From NCBI GenBank assembly GCA_945861665.1, contig CAMAVS010000007.1, positions 7,277 through 71,276 of the forward strand: a stretch of 64,000 bases of DNA, read 5' to 3'. The position numbers were made by a program, and so were the translations under genes. Positions 8,686 to 18,736 of this stretch are shown piece by piece. Numbering within the stretch: position 1 is the stretch's first letter; every line of letters starts with the position of its first letter. Origin of the DNA: Chitinophaga pinensis. Lineage in GTDB: Bacteria; Bacteroidota; Bacteroidia; UBA4408. Below the pieces are notes generated by a model. The model saw only the letters and a program-made list of their open reading frames with translations, ran no database searches and had not been told where the DNA came from.

Positions 8686-11600
8686 ATGTTAGATTTTATA
8701 AATAAATCCATAGGAAAGCTTTTTGGCAATAAATCGCAAAAAGACATCAAAGAAATACAACCCATTGTTGAAAAAATATTGGCTGCAGGTGAGCAATTAA
8801 AAAATATAAGCAACGATGAACTTAGAGCAAAAACAGTAGACTTCAAAAAACGGATAGCCGACTACATTGCGAAAGAAGAAAAAGAGATTGTTGATTTAAG
8901 AGCACTCACGGAAGCAAATCCGGATATGGATGTGCAAGAAAAGGAAAAACATTACAATGCCATTGATCAGAACAAGAAAACAATAAAAACAAAAATACAG
9001 GAAATACTAAACGAAATACTGCCCGAAGCTTTTGCAGTTGTAAAAGAAACAGCAAAACGTTTTAAGGAAAATACGAGCTTAGAAGTAACTGCCACTCAAA
9101 TGGACCGTGATATGGCTGCTGCTCGCGAGAGTGTGAAAATACAAGGTGAAAAAGCCCACTTTAGCAATACCTGGATGGCAGCAGGGAACAAAGTTACCTG
9201 GGATATGGTACACTACGATGTTCAGCTGATTGGCGGTATCGTGTTGCACCAAGGAAAAATATCGGAGATGGCTACAGGGGAAGGAAAAACACTTGTTGGA
9301 ACACTTCCCATTTATTTGAATGCACTTGCCGGAAAAGGAGTGCACATTGTTACCGTAAACACCTACTTATCGAAACGAGATTCGGAATGGAACGGACCAA
9401 TTTTTGAATTTCACGGATTAAAAGTAGATTGTATTGACAAGCACGACCCAAACTCTGACGAAAGAAAAAAAGCCTATTTAGCAGATATTACTTACGGTAC
9501 AAATAACGAATACGGATTCGATTACCTCCGCGATAATATGGCGCGCTCACCAGAAGATTTGGTTCAACGTGAACACAACTATGCTATAGTGGATGAGGTG
9601 GACAGTGTATTGATTGACGATGCTCGTACTCCCCTTATTATATCGGGACCAACTGCGAAAGGTGATACACACGAATTTTTTCAATTAAAACCGCGTGTAG
9701 AAAAATTGGTGAATGCACAACGTAATTATGTAAATACAGTGCTTGCCGATGCTAAAAAAATATTGGCACTAAACGATTCTAAAAAAAATGAAGAAGGTGG
9801 ATTTGCTTTGCTACGCGCCTTTAGAGGATTGCCAAAGAACAAAGCATTGATAAAGTTTTTAAGTGAACCGGGCATAAAAGCACAATTGCAAAAAGTTGAA
9901 AACCACTATATGCAAGACCACGGCAGAGAGATGCCAAAGGTGGATGCTGAATTGTATTTTGTGATTGACGAAAAAAATAATTCCATTGAATTAACTGAAA
10001 AAGGAATAGAGTTAATGTCATCGGGTTCGCCTGAGGATGCTAAGTTTTTTGTGTTGCCCGATGTAGGAAGCGAAATGGTTGAGATTGATAAATCAACTTT
10101 ACCTGCGGAACAAAAATTACAACGCAAAGAGGAGCTAATGAGAAACTTCTCGATAGCATCGGAAAGGGTTCATACAGTTAATCAATTGCTAAAATCATAT
10201 ACCTTGTTTGAGATTGACGTGGATTATGTGGTGATGGAAAACAAAATTAAAATTGTGGATGAGCAAACAGGTCGTATACTCGAAGGCAGAAGATATTCCG
10301 ATGGTTTACACCAAGCCATTGAAGCAAAAGAAAATGTAAAAGTAGAAGCCAGCACACAAACATTTGCTACCGTTACTTTGCAAAATTATTTTAGAATGTA
10401 CAACAAATTGGCGGGTATGACCGGTACTGCCGAAACAGAAGCAGGTGAATTTTGGGATATATACAAATTGGATTGCGTTGTAATACCAACAAACAGAGCC
10501 ATTTCAAGAACCGACAGAGAAGATTTAGTATACAAAACAAAACGTGAAAAATACAATGCGGTTATAGAAAACATTATTGAAGAAGTTGGAAAAGGGCGAC
10601 CGATATTGGTAGGTACAACATCCGTTGAAATATCGGAATTGCTAAGCAGAATGCTTAAACTGAAAGGCATAAAGCACAATGTATTGAATGCAAAATTACA
10701 CCAACGTGAAGCTGAAATTGTTGCAGAAGCAGGTCAAGCAGGTACTGTTACCATTGCCACCAATATGGCCGGTAGGGGAACGGATATAAAATTAGGAGCA
10801 GGAGTAAAAGATGCAGGAGGGCTAGCCATTATTGGTACTGAACGACACGATTCACGAAGGGTTGACAGACAATTAAGAGGGCGTGCCGGTCGTCAGGGTG
10901 ACCCGGGAACATCACAGTTTTTTGTTTCCTTGGAAGATGATTTAATGCGTTTGTTTGGATCGGATAGAATTGCAAAATTAATGGACCGAATGGGTATTGA
11001 AGAAGGTGAAGTAATTCAACATTCAATGATTACCAACTCGATAGAACGTGCACAGAAAAAAGTAGAAGAGAACAATTTTGGAACACGTAAGCGTTTGTTG
11101 GAATACGATGATGTGATGAACTCGCAACGTGAAGTGGTATACAAAAAACGCAGACATGCATTGTTCGGTGAACGTTTGTCGTTGGACATTTCCAATATGC
11201 TGTACGATGTATCGGAAAGTATTTGTACCAATACACAGGAGCAAAAAGATTTTGAAGGATTCGCCTTTGAATTAATAAAAACATTCTCCATTGAAAATCC
11301 GGTTTCGGAAAACGATTTTATGAAATTGCCTACCAACGAACTTACCGAAAGAGTATTTGATGTTGCATACAGACACTACATTAAAAAATCGCAGGAAATG
11401 GGCGAAGCTACTTTCCCTGTGGTGAAAAATGTATACGAGAACAGCGCACATATGTACGAGAATATTATTATTCCTTTTACCGATGGAATAAAAACATTAC
11501 AGGTTCTTTCCAATCTAAAAAAATCGTACGAATCGAAAGGACGTGAAGTATTCACCGCTTTCGAAAAAGGTGTTACACTCTCCATTATTGACGAAGCATG

Positions 11601-11997
11601 GAAAGACCATTTACGTGCTATGGACGAATTAAAACAATCGGTACAAAATGCTGTATACGAGCAGAAGGATCCTTTGTTAGTATATAAATTTGAATCCTTT
11701 GGTTTGTTTAAAAATTTGATGAGCGAGGTAAACAACGATATTATTTCCTTCTTACAAAAAGGCTATTTGACAGCCGAAAATCAACAAGCCGTGCGTGAAG
11801 TACAAGCAGCACCAAAGGCCGACCTAAAAAATTTACAAGCAACAAAAACCGAAGTTACAAGCAGTGGCAGAGAAGAACTTCCGAACGAACAAGAAAAACC
11901 AAAAGCACAACCCATACGCGTTGAAAAACAAGTAGGAAGAAACGATCCTTGTCCTTGTGGTAACGGGAAGAAGTTTAAGCATTGTCATGGAAAGTAG
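8686..11997 (+). CDS. secA: Preprotein translocase ATPase SecA
   Basis: [53 protein letters not shown] and C-terminal [22 protein letters not shown]. Confidence 0.99.
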   Translation: MLDFINKSIGKLFGNKSQKDIKEIQPIVEKILAAGEQLKNISNDELRAKTVDFKKRIADYIAKEEKEIVDLRALTEANPDMDVQEKEKHYNAIDQNKKTIKTKIQEILNEILPEAFAVVKETAKRFKENTSLEVTATQMDRDMAAARESVKIQGEKAHFSNTWMAAGNKVTWDMVHYDVQLIGGIVLHQGKISEMATGEGKTLVGTLPIYLNALAGKGVHIVTVNTYLSKRDSEWNGPIFEFHGLKVDCIDKHDPNSDERKKAYLADITYGTNNEYGFDYLRDNMARSPEDLVQREHNYAIVDEVDSVLIDDARTPLIISGPTAKGDTHEFFQLKPRVEKLVNAQRNYVNTVLADAKKILALNDSKKNEEGGFALLRAFRGLPKNKALIKFLSEPGIKAQLQKVENHYMQDHGREMPKVDAELYFVIDEKNNSIELTEKGIELMSSGSPEDAKFFVLPDVGSEMVEIDKSTLPAEQKLQRKEELMRNFSIASERVHTVNQLLKSYTLFEIDVDYVVMENKIKIVDEQTGRILEGRRYSDGLHQAIEAKENVKVEASTQTFATVTLQNYFRMYNKLAGMTGTAETEAGEFWDIYKLDCVVIPTNRAISRTDREDLVYKTKREKYNAVIENIIEEVGKGRPILVGTTSVEISELLSRMLKLKGIKHNVLNAKLHQREAEIVAEAGQAGTVTIATNMAGRGTDIKLGAGVKDAGGLAIIGTERHDSRRVDRQLRGRAGRQGDPGTSQFFVSLEDDLMRLFGSDRIAKLMDRMGIEEGEVIQHSMITNSIERAQKKVEENNFGTRKRLLEYDDVMNSQREVVYKKRRHALFGERLSLDISNMLYDVSESICTNTQEQKDFEGFAFELIKTFSIENPVSENDFMKLPTNELTERVFDVAYRHYIKKSQEMGEATFPVVKNVYENSAHMYENIIIPFTDGIKTLQVLSNLKKSYESKGREVFTAFEKGVTLSIIDEAWKDHLRAMDELKQSVQNAVYEQKDPLLVYKFESFGLFKNLMSEVNNDIISFLQKGYLTAENQQAVREVQAAPKADLKNLQATKTEVTSSGREELPNEQEKPKAQPIRVEKQVGRNDPCPCGNGKKFKHCHGK

Positions 11998-12003
11998 ATA
12001 GGT

Positions 12004-12026
12004 GGTCACGCAAAGAATGTGTGCGC
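12004..12026 (+). repeat. 23-bp REP-like element, left copy of an inverted pair
   Basis: ggtcacgcaaagaatgtgtgcgc is 21/23 identical to the reverse complement of 12755-12777. Confidence 0.75.
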
Positions 12027-12397
12027 TAGTGAGAGGCTCTCACGAACAAAAAAAACACAACACCAATAAGTGCTATAGAAAAAAACCTACTCTAACACAA
12101 TTTTCCTTACCTCTGTTTCTCCTTGTTGACAGGGACCACAATCGCTTTACAGTTAAAACAAATTTAGTTGGCTTGTTGCTTGCTACTAATATGCAGGAGC
12201 ACATTTCTGTTGAAATTGCTGACCACAGCGAAGTGTCAGTTTTTCTTGATTAATAATTATTTTTACTCAGCTCTTTCAAAATTTACTTTCCACGGGGCAC
12301 AATTCCAGAAGTTCCAGATTTTATTGACCCCTCTTCTATTACCATTTTTCTATTTCTCGTCCTCCCTCTTCTCTTTTTTTCATACAGATAAAGCATA

Positions 12398-12751
12398 TTA
12401 TTCAACAATAATTTTTTCGGTATAAATTTTCTCTCCGGCATAAACTTTCACAAAATAAATTCCTTTTGCAGCGCTAGAAAGGTCTATTTCATTTGTGTTT
12501 TGTTTTTGAAATACACTTTCTCCGAACAAGTTATAAATTTCAACACTTGTGATCTGCTGCTGGTTTGAAAATACAATATTAAACTTGCCTGTGGATGGAT
12601 TAGGATAAATTGAAAATAAATTTTTGCTGTATTCATTGTTATTAATTCCTGTAGCAGTTTGAAAATATTTGGCAACAAAAATATCGCCGCCACCTGCATG
12701 ATTTAAATTGGCAACTCCGGCACCCGGGTCAAAGTCGACTGTTCCACCAAA
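12398..12751 (-). pseudogene. 3' fragment of a T9SS type A cargo gene (last SBBP-like blade plus CTD), no start codon
   Basis: Manual translation: FGGTVDFDPGAGVANLNHAGGGDIFVAKY...FSIYPNPSTGKFNI...EIYNLFGE...IDLSSAAKGIYFVKV...TEKIIVE*. In-frame TAA lies upstream at 12782-12784 with no ATG or signal peptide in between. Confidence 0.85.
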
Positions 12752-12754
12752 CGG

Positions 12755-12777
12755 GCGCGCACATTCTGTGCGTGACC
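12755..12777 (-). repeat. 23-bp REP-like element, right copy of an inverted pair
   Basis: Minus strand reads ggtcacgcacagaatgtgcgcgc with an internal hairpin CGCACA-GAA-TGTGCG. Confidence 0.75.
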
Positions 12778-12787
12778 TTTTTTACTA

Positions 12788-14713
12788 TTACACCCTCTCC
12801 AAGTCAATCTGCAAGACTTCCCAATTTTTCATTTCAGCTTCCAGTTTCTTTTTAAGTTCTTCGTAATTGGCAAAAATGCTTTTATCGTTCATTGCCTTTT
12901 GGTAGGTTTCGGGGTTCATTAAGGAGTCATCAATGTCTTTGATTTGCTTTTCAAGCGAATCAATTTCCTTTTCCGATTTGCTTATTTTTTGCTGAATATT
13001 TTTTAGTTCCTTTTGCTTTTTTTGTTCGTCTTGTTTGTTAGTATCAACCGCTTTCGGTGTTTCAGCAACAACAGCCTTCTTTTTTATTTGCAATTCATTC
13101 AAAGAACTTATTTTGCGTGCAGCTAAATAATCTCTCAAATCGCCAATGTGTTCTTTAATGCTTCCATTTCTAAACTCGTATACTTTGTTTGTTAAGCCCT
13201 CTAAAAAATCTCTGTCGTGGGAAACAACAATGAGTGTTCCATCGTAATTCAATAAAGCTTGTTTTAAAATATCCTTTGAGCGCATATCCAAGTGGTTGGT
13301 TGGCTCATCCAAAACCAAAAGGTTATATGGCTGCAGCAAAAGCTTACACATCGCCAAACGCGATTTTTCACCACCGCTAAGTACCTTTACTTTTTTATCT
13401 ACATCATCGTCCTTAAAAAGAAAGGAGCCGAGTAGATTACGCACATTTTTACGCATATCGCCCACCGCCACATCGTCAATAATTTCGAAAACCGTTTTTT
13501 CTCCATTCAAGGTCTCTGCTTGATTCTGCGCATAATACCCAATGGATACATTGTGGCCGATTTTTATTTCACCGTCAAATTTTTCAGCACCCACAATTAA
13601 CTTCGATAAGGTTGTTTTTCCTTCACCGTTTTTACCTACAAAAGCAATTCGCTCTTGCCGCTCAATCATAAAATTTATTTTGCTGAAGATGACTTTCTCA
13701 TCGTACTGCTTTTTCAAATTAACAGCTTCAACAATTACTTTTCCGGAAGAAGCCGCAGGAGGAAAACGAAAACGAATGGATGCATTGTCTTGATCGTCAA
13801 CTTCAATAATATCGAGCTTATCCAGTTTTTTTATAAGCGATTGTGCAAAGGATGCCTTGCTTGCTTTAGCGCGGTACTTATCAATAAGCACTTCTGTTTT
13901 CTCAATGTACTTCTGCTGATTTTTTGCTGCAGACTCTTGCTGTTCTCTGCGCTCATTTCTGAGTGTTACATATTTCGAATAGTTCGCTTTATAATCGAAT
14001 ATCTTTCCCAATGATATTTCAACAGTTCGTGTGGTGATATTATCTAAAAAGGTTTTATCGTGCGACACTAAAATTACAGCTCCGTTATAATCAATTAAAA
14101 AATCTTCTAGCCATTGAATGGATTCTATGTCGAGGTGGTTCGTTGGTTCATCGAGCAATAATACATCAGGTTTTTGAAGCAAAATTTTCGCTAACTCAAT
14201 GCGCATTCTCCAGCCTCCACTAAATTCATCGGTTAAGCGCGTAAAATCAGTTCGTTCAAAACCAAGTCCCAATAATATTTTTTCAATGTCGGCCTCAATT
14301 GAGTATCCACCCAAAAGCATAAAACGCTCATTGTACTCATTCAAATTATGTATAAGCTGCATATACTCATCCGATTCATAATCAGTGCGGATGGTAAGCT
14401 GTTCGTTTACCTGTTCAATTTTTTTTTCGAGATTTTTTATTTCGGCAAAGGAACTGGCTGTTTCATTAAAAACTGTTTTGCCCAAGTTATGTACCATATC
14501 TTGAGGCAAATAACCAACCGTTGCACCTTGCTGAATGGAAATTTCACCGCTATCGGGTGGCATAAGTCCGCACAATATTTTAAGAAAGGTTGATTTTCCT
14601 GCACCGTTTTTCCCTGCTAATCCAATACGGTCGCGGCTATTTACCAAAAATGAAATTTCCTCGTATAAAGGAACTCCACTAAAACTTACGGTAAGATTGC
14701 TTACGGATATCAC
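12788..14713 (-). CDS. ABC-F family ATPase (ribosome-associated, YheS/Uup-like)
   Basis: Two NBDs (GKNGAGKST, FSGGW, LLLDEPTNHLD; GKNGEGKTT, LSGGE, LVLDEPTNHLD), no TM segments, C-terminal coiled coil; GTG start. Confidence 0.95.
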   Translation of the reverse strand: MISVSNLTVSFSGVPLYEEISFLVNSRDRIGLAGKNGAGKSTFLKILCGLMPPDSGEISIQQGATVGYLPQDMVHNLGKTVFNETASSFAEIKNLEKKIEQVNEQLTIRTDYESDEYMQLIHNLNEYNERFMLLGGYSIEADIEKILLGLGFERTDFTRLTDEFSGGWRMRIELAKILLQKPDVLLLDEPTNHLDIESIQWLEDFLIDYNGAVILVSHDKTFLDNITTRTVEISLGKIFDYKANYSKYVTLRNERREQQESAAKNQQKYIEKTEVLIDKYRAKASKASFAQSLIKKLDKLDIIEVDDQDNASIRFRFPPAASSGKVIVEAVNLKKQYDEKVIFSKINFMIERQERIAFVGKNGEGKTTLSKLIVGAEKFDGEIKIGHNVSIGYYAQNQAETLNGEKTVFEIIDDVAVGDMRKNVRNLLGSFLFKDDDVDKKVKVLSGGEKSRLAMCKLLLQPYNLLVLDEPTNHLDMRSKDILKQALLNYDGTLIVVSHDRDFLEGLTNKVYEFRNGSIKEHIGDLRDYLAARKISSLNELQIKKKAVVAETPKAVDTNKQDEQKKQKELKNIQQKISKSEKEIDSLEKQIKDIDDSLMNPETYQKAMNDKSIFANYEELKKKLEAEMKNWEVLQIDLERV

Positions 14714-14733
14714 TGTTTTTTAAAATAAGGGTG

Positions 14734-14741
14734 CAAATATA
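14734..14741 (-). promoter_or_regulatory. Bacteroidota -7 element (TATATTTG) for the ABC-F gene
   Basis: Exact TAnnTTTG about 20 bp upstream of the start. Confidence 0.6.
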
Positions 14742-14764
14742 GAAATCTATAGGGCATTAAAGAC

Positions 14765-14797
14765 AAAAGCCCCTCGGAATAATTCTGAGAGGCTTTT
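14765..14797 (-). terminator. Intrinsic terminator after the bactofilin gene
   Basis: Imperfect hairpin aaaagcccctcggaat-a-attctgagaggctttt flanked by A/T tracts. Confidence 0.7.
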
Positions 14798-14813
14798 AAA
14801 GGGGATTTATAAC

Positions 14814-15239
14814 TTATGCTGTTCTCTCTATTTGGTCTTCATTAATAACATCAACGCGAATATCTTTTACCACAGCACCCATTTCGCAGCCACCCGAAAA
14901 ATTAGCCCCGGGTTCAATAGCTAGTTTATTTGTACTTATATCGCCTTTTAAATTGGAAGAAATTTTTAATGTAAGAATTTCTGAAACAGAAATGTTTCCT
15001 GAAATACTTCCCGAAATATCCGCATTCTGACAAATGATATCGCCTTCAATATTTCCGCTTTGCCCTAACACTAACTTTCCTTTTAATGTAACAGAACCTA
15101 TTACAGTGCCATCAATGCGTAAATTTTCATTTGATTTAATTTCACCTATTATGGTGGTTCCTACTCCTATTTGGTTAATCGATAGCGAACTTATATCGTT
15201 GTTTTTTGCCATTGATAAAGTGTTTTTAAAAATAAACAT
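14814..15239 (-). CDS. Bactofilin (polymer-forming cytoskeletal protein); likely start MAKNN at 15212
   Basis: IGVGTTIIGEI...LRIDGTVIG...GNIEGDI...LAIEPGANFSGGCEM beta-helix repeats; TAnnTTTG motif at 15262-15269. Confidence 0.93.
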   Translation of the reverse strand: MFIFKNTLSMAKNNDISSLSINQIGVGTTIIGEIKSNENLRIDGTVIGSVTLKGKLVLGQSGNIEGDIICQNADISGSISGNISVSEILTLKISSNLKGDISTNKLAIEPGANFSGGCEMGAVVKDIRVDVINEDQIERTA

Positions 15240-15295
15240 TGTCTATTTATAAGTCATTAAACAAATATACTAAAAAATTTGCATTTTAAAAACCC

Positions 15296-17779
15296 TTATT
15301 TTAGTTGCAATTTCGTAATTTTAATCTCTGTTCTTCGGTTCTGCTTGTGCTCATCCTCAGTACACGTTACGCCATTTTTGCAACGATTCAATATCTTTGA
15401 TTCTCCCATTCCAGCTCCTACAATTCGAATAGGGTCGCCACCCTTTGAAACAATATAATCAATTGCTGTTTTAGCGCGTTTTTGAGAAAGGACTAAATTT
15501 TTATCATCACTGTCACGTGCATCGGTGTGCGAAAAAAGCTCAATGGCAATATTTGGGTTGCTTATTAAGATAGAAACCACTTTATCCAATTGCGCTGAAC
15601 CTTCTGGTTTAATATCCCATTTACCTAAGTCGTAATAAATATTTTCGGCTGCTTGCCCCTCCTTTATACTTACGTTAAGCGATGTGTTTTGTTCATCTAC
15701 CAATGAAAGTTTATTATAATCGGTTGAAAGGCTTTCGAAACGAAAAAAACCATCGGCATCTGTTTTGGTTGATTTTAATACTGCACCCTTTGCTCCTCCC
15801 AGTATAACACTTACGTTTGCAGTTGGGTCATCGGGCATACCGTTAACCAATACTTTACCCAATACAGTATGTTTTTTACTGGTGCTAATTTTAGGATTAG
15901 TTTCGTCAATAATAACAATATAGTTATTATCGGTTGCTAGTTTTTCGAAACGGAAAAATCCATCTGACCCTACCTTTGTTTTTGCAATCACATTACCTTG
16001 TTGGTCGTTTAACACTACTTCAACACCTTCTCCTGCCTGGTTAAGTTCATCACCTATCATAACCTTACCAATAATCACCACATTTTTTTTAACATTAAGA
16101 GTTACATTTTCCTCATCCATTAAATTAAGTGTATTGAAATCGGTGTTCAGTTTTTCAAATTTAAAAAAACCTTTTTCATCGGCTACTACTTCACGCATTG
16201 CAACACCTTGTTTATTTCTAACAATAATTTTGGCATTTATTCCCGGTTGCCCTTCGTTGTAGTATAATTTACCATACACTTTTGATGCTTTAGCTTTTGT
16301 ATTTAGGCCTGTTTCATCTGCATCCAATAGTATAATATAGCTTTGTTCTGTTGATAGTTTTTCAAAACCAAAAAACCCCAAATTTGTAGTTTTTCCTACT
16401 TTAATAATTTCCCCTTTTTGATTGAGCAATTTTACATTAAAATTGTTTGCTGGATCTAACTCATTTTTCATAAGCTGTCCTGAAATGGACGTAATTTTTA
16501 TGTCTGCAACTTTAGATTTAAAACGATAAATATCATCACTACCCTTTCCACCTAATCTGTTTGAGGAAAAATATCCTTTCTTATCATCATCAGTAAACAT
16601 GATTCCAAAATCGTCAGTAGAAGAATTTATAGGCGTTTGTAAATTTGTTACCGATGTCCACGTATTGTCAATATTACGTGCAGAAAATATATCTAATCCT
16701 CCAATTCCGATATGGCCGTTTGAAGAAAAATAGAGTGTTCCTGTGGAGCTGTAAAATGGATAGCATTCATCTGCATCAGTATTTATTTCAGAACCTAAAT
16801 TTTCGGATTTCCCCCAAGTTGTTCCTTCTCTTTTACAAACATATAAATCTTTTCCTCCATATCCACCAGGCATATCTGAAGTGAAGAATAACAATTGTCC
16901 ATCAGTTGACAAAGCTGGGTGAGCACATGAATAATCATCACTATTAAAAGACAACAGCGTTACATCCTTCCAACCTGATGTTGTGGCTTCAATAGATTTA
17001 GCAGAATATATTTTAGGTCGAAAAACAGCTTCCTGACCTTTCTTTTGGGATGTATTTGTTTTATCAACACGGGTAAAAAACATTTCTTTAAAGTCGGCAC
17101 TAAAGGTGCAAGGTCCATTATGGTATTCTGTGTTTACTCGACTTGGGAATGAGCGCCCTTCTTCAAAGAAGGTGTTGTTTTTTTTAGTTTTTAATTCGCT
17201 ATAGAATAACGCTAAATAAGGCTTATCGGTCCAGCCATACGTAGTGTTGTTAAGCAAATCTTTTTCTCGTTCTGATACAAATGCTATTCCGGTTTTATAC
17301 ATAATAGGGCAAAAGTCGGCATTTTCCGTATTTAACTCCCCTACGTTAGAAACATCGTATTCTTGTGGCTTTTGGGACCACACTTTTGTCATTACACATG
17401 ACATAATAAATGCTTCTGTTCGCTTGTTGGGTGTTACTTCTTTAGAATACAACGTAAATTGCTGTTTTGCTTCTTCTAATTTATTGTTATTCTTAAGTGC
17501 TTCGCCAAAGTAAAGATGATTTACAGGAGCAACATCTTGCTGCTGAAACAGTTTAGCATAGTACCTTTCAGACTCTTGGTAATTGTTGGTTAAACGATAG
17601 CAATTTGCAACTTTTTCAATGGCTTCTTTGTTATTCTTTTTAACCTTTTTCAAGTACAAAGGAATTGCTTTTGAGTAGTAATAATCGTTGTATAATTTAT
17701 TTGCTTTTTTATTTTGCGCAATGACACTACTTCCTAAAATTAGAAGCAATGCAAACAAAAATATTTTCTTCAGTTTCAT
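15296..17779 (-). CDS. PorE-like protein: TPR, PD40/WD40 propeller, four carboxypeptidase-regulatory-like repeats, OmpA_C
   Basis: N-terminal TPRs; FFTSDMPGGYGGKDLY, YFSSNGHIGIGGLDIF, GYFSSNRLGGKGSDDIY; C-terminal SHTDAR...NLVLSQKRA...NRRTEI. Confidence 0.9.
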   Translation of the reverse strand: MKLKKIFLFALLLILGSSVIAQNKKANKLYNDYYYSKAIPLYLKKVKKNNKEAIEKVANCYRLTNNYQESERYYAKLFQQQDVAPVNHLYFGEALKNNNKLEEAKQQFTLYSKEVTPNKRTEAFIMSCVMTKVWSQKPQEYDVSNVGELNTENADFCPIMYKTGIAFVSEREKDLLNNTTYGWTDKPYLALFYSELKTKKNNTFFEEGRSFPSRVNTEYHNGPCTFSADFKEMFFTRVDKTNTSQKKGQEAVFRPKIYSAKSIEATTSGWKDVTLLSFNSDDYSCAHPALSTDGQLLFFTSDMPGGYGGKDLYVCKREGTTWGKSENLGSEINTDADECYPFYSSTGTLYFSSNGHIGIGGLDIFSARNIDNTWTSVTNLQTPINSSTDDFGIMFTDDDKKGYFSSNRLGGKGSDDIYRFKSKVADIKITSISGQLMKNELDPANNFNVKLLNQKGEIIKVGKTTNLGFFGFEKLSTEQSYIILLDADETGLNTKAKASKVYGKLYYNEGQPGINAKIIVRNKQGVAMREVVADEKGFFKFEKLNTDFNTLNLMDEENVTLNVKKNVVIIGKVMIGDELNQAGEGVEVVLNDQQGNVIAKTKVGSDGFFRFEKLATDNNYIVIIDETNPKISTSKKHTVLGKVLVNGMPDDPTANVSVILGGAKGAVLKSTKTDADGFFRFESLSTDYNKLSLVDEQNTSLNVSIKEGQAAENIYYDLGKWDIKPEGSAQLDKVVSILISNPNIAIELFSHTDARDSDDKNLVLSQKRAKTAIDYIVSKGGDPIRIVGAGMGESKILNRCKNGVTCTEDEHKQNRRTEIKITKLQLK

Positions 17780-17784
17780 TTCAA

Positions 17785-18726
17785 TTAAAAATAACGCGGT
17801 GAAAGGGTTTTGTCCTTTGTAATATCCAAATCAAAACCAATAAATAATTCATGTGAGCCATTACTTACTGTTTTCAACTTATTCATTTGGTAATCGTACG
17901 CATAGCCTAAACGCAACTTTCTAGTTGGATTAATTTCAAAATTAAAAACCAATCCGTTATTACTACGTATGCCAAGTCCAAACCAAAAATTTCCGCTGAA
18001 TAAAAAGCTGGCGTTCAAATCAACACTTCCGGGAGCATTTTTAACAGTTTTAATAACCATTGAAGGCTTAAACGTTACTGCATCACTAAAGCGAAAAGCT
18101 TTCCCTACGGTTCCTATAAAGTGTCGCGACAAAGAGGCCGTTGCACCACTAAAGCCGTTACTGGCAGTGTAATTGTCTTCATCAAGATGCGATATAGCTC
18201 CGCCAATGTAATATGAATTGGTATAATAATACATGCCGAAATCGTATGTGCTTACTATTTTTTGTGCTTGTGATGAACTGTTGTAAATATCTGTAGCGTC
18301 CTTGTAATCAATTTCATTCCACTTAAAACGATAGCTATATACCCCAGCTCTTATTCCAAATGCAAGTTTCCCGCTTTTAAGTTTAATTCTATAAGCAAAA
18401 GAACCAAGAACTCCGGCTGTACTTTTAGGACCAATTTCGTCTGTAAGTATGTGGAATCCAATTCCCAATTTTTGATTTTTTAGTGGAGTATGTACACTTA
18501 ATGTATTTGTTTTTGGTGCCCCAGGGATACCAACCCACTGATTCCTATGCAATGCAACAATACTAATAGACTCACGACTTCCGGCATAAGCAGGATTTAG
18601 AACTAAAGAGTTAAACATATATTGTGAGTATTGTGCATCTTGTTGAGCAAAGGAGACACCCGCCAAAAAAAACAAGCAAATAACCCCAATTTTATTTTTC
18701 ATTTGATATACTGTTTTTCTATTCAT
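17785..18726 (-). CDS. PorP/SprF family T9SS outer-membrane barrel
   Basis: QQDAQYSQYMFNSLVLNPAYAG, HRNQWVGIPGAPKT, LGYAYDY, GSHEL and C-terminal SPRYF. Confidence 0.95.
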   Translation of the reverse strand: MNRKTVYQMKNKIGVICLFFLAGVSFAQQDAQYSQYMFNSLVLNPAYAGSRESISIVALHRNQWVGIPGAPKTNTLSVHTPLKNQKLGIGFHILTDEIGPKSTAGVLGSFAYRIKLKSGKLAFGIRAGVYSYRFKWNEIDYKDATDIYNSSSQAQKIVSTYDFGMYYYTNSYYIGGAISHLDEDNYTASNGFSGATASLSRHFIGTVGKAFRFSDAVTFKPSMVIKTVKNAPGSVDLNASFLFSGNFWFGLGIRSNNGLVFNFEINPTRKLRLGYAYDYQMNKLKTVSNGSHELFIGFDLDITKDKTLSPRYF

Positions 18727-18736
18727 TTTTCAAAAC

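Noticed and set aside
12002-12699. ORF-track calls 12002..12253, 12168..12425 and 12484..12699
   Set aside because: No protein-like features; the real coding signal is the start-less minus-strand frame 12398-12751
12788-14713. ABC-F gene as an antibiotic-resistance determinant
   Set aside because: Chromosomal context and architecture fit housekeeping ABC-F proteins; an ARE subfamily cannot be assigned without a phylogeny
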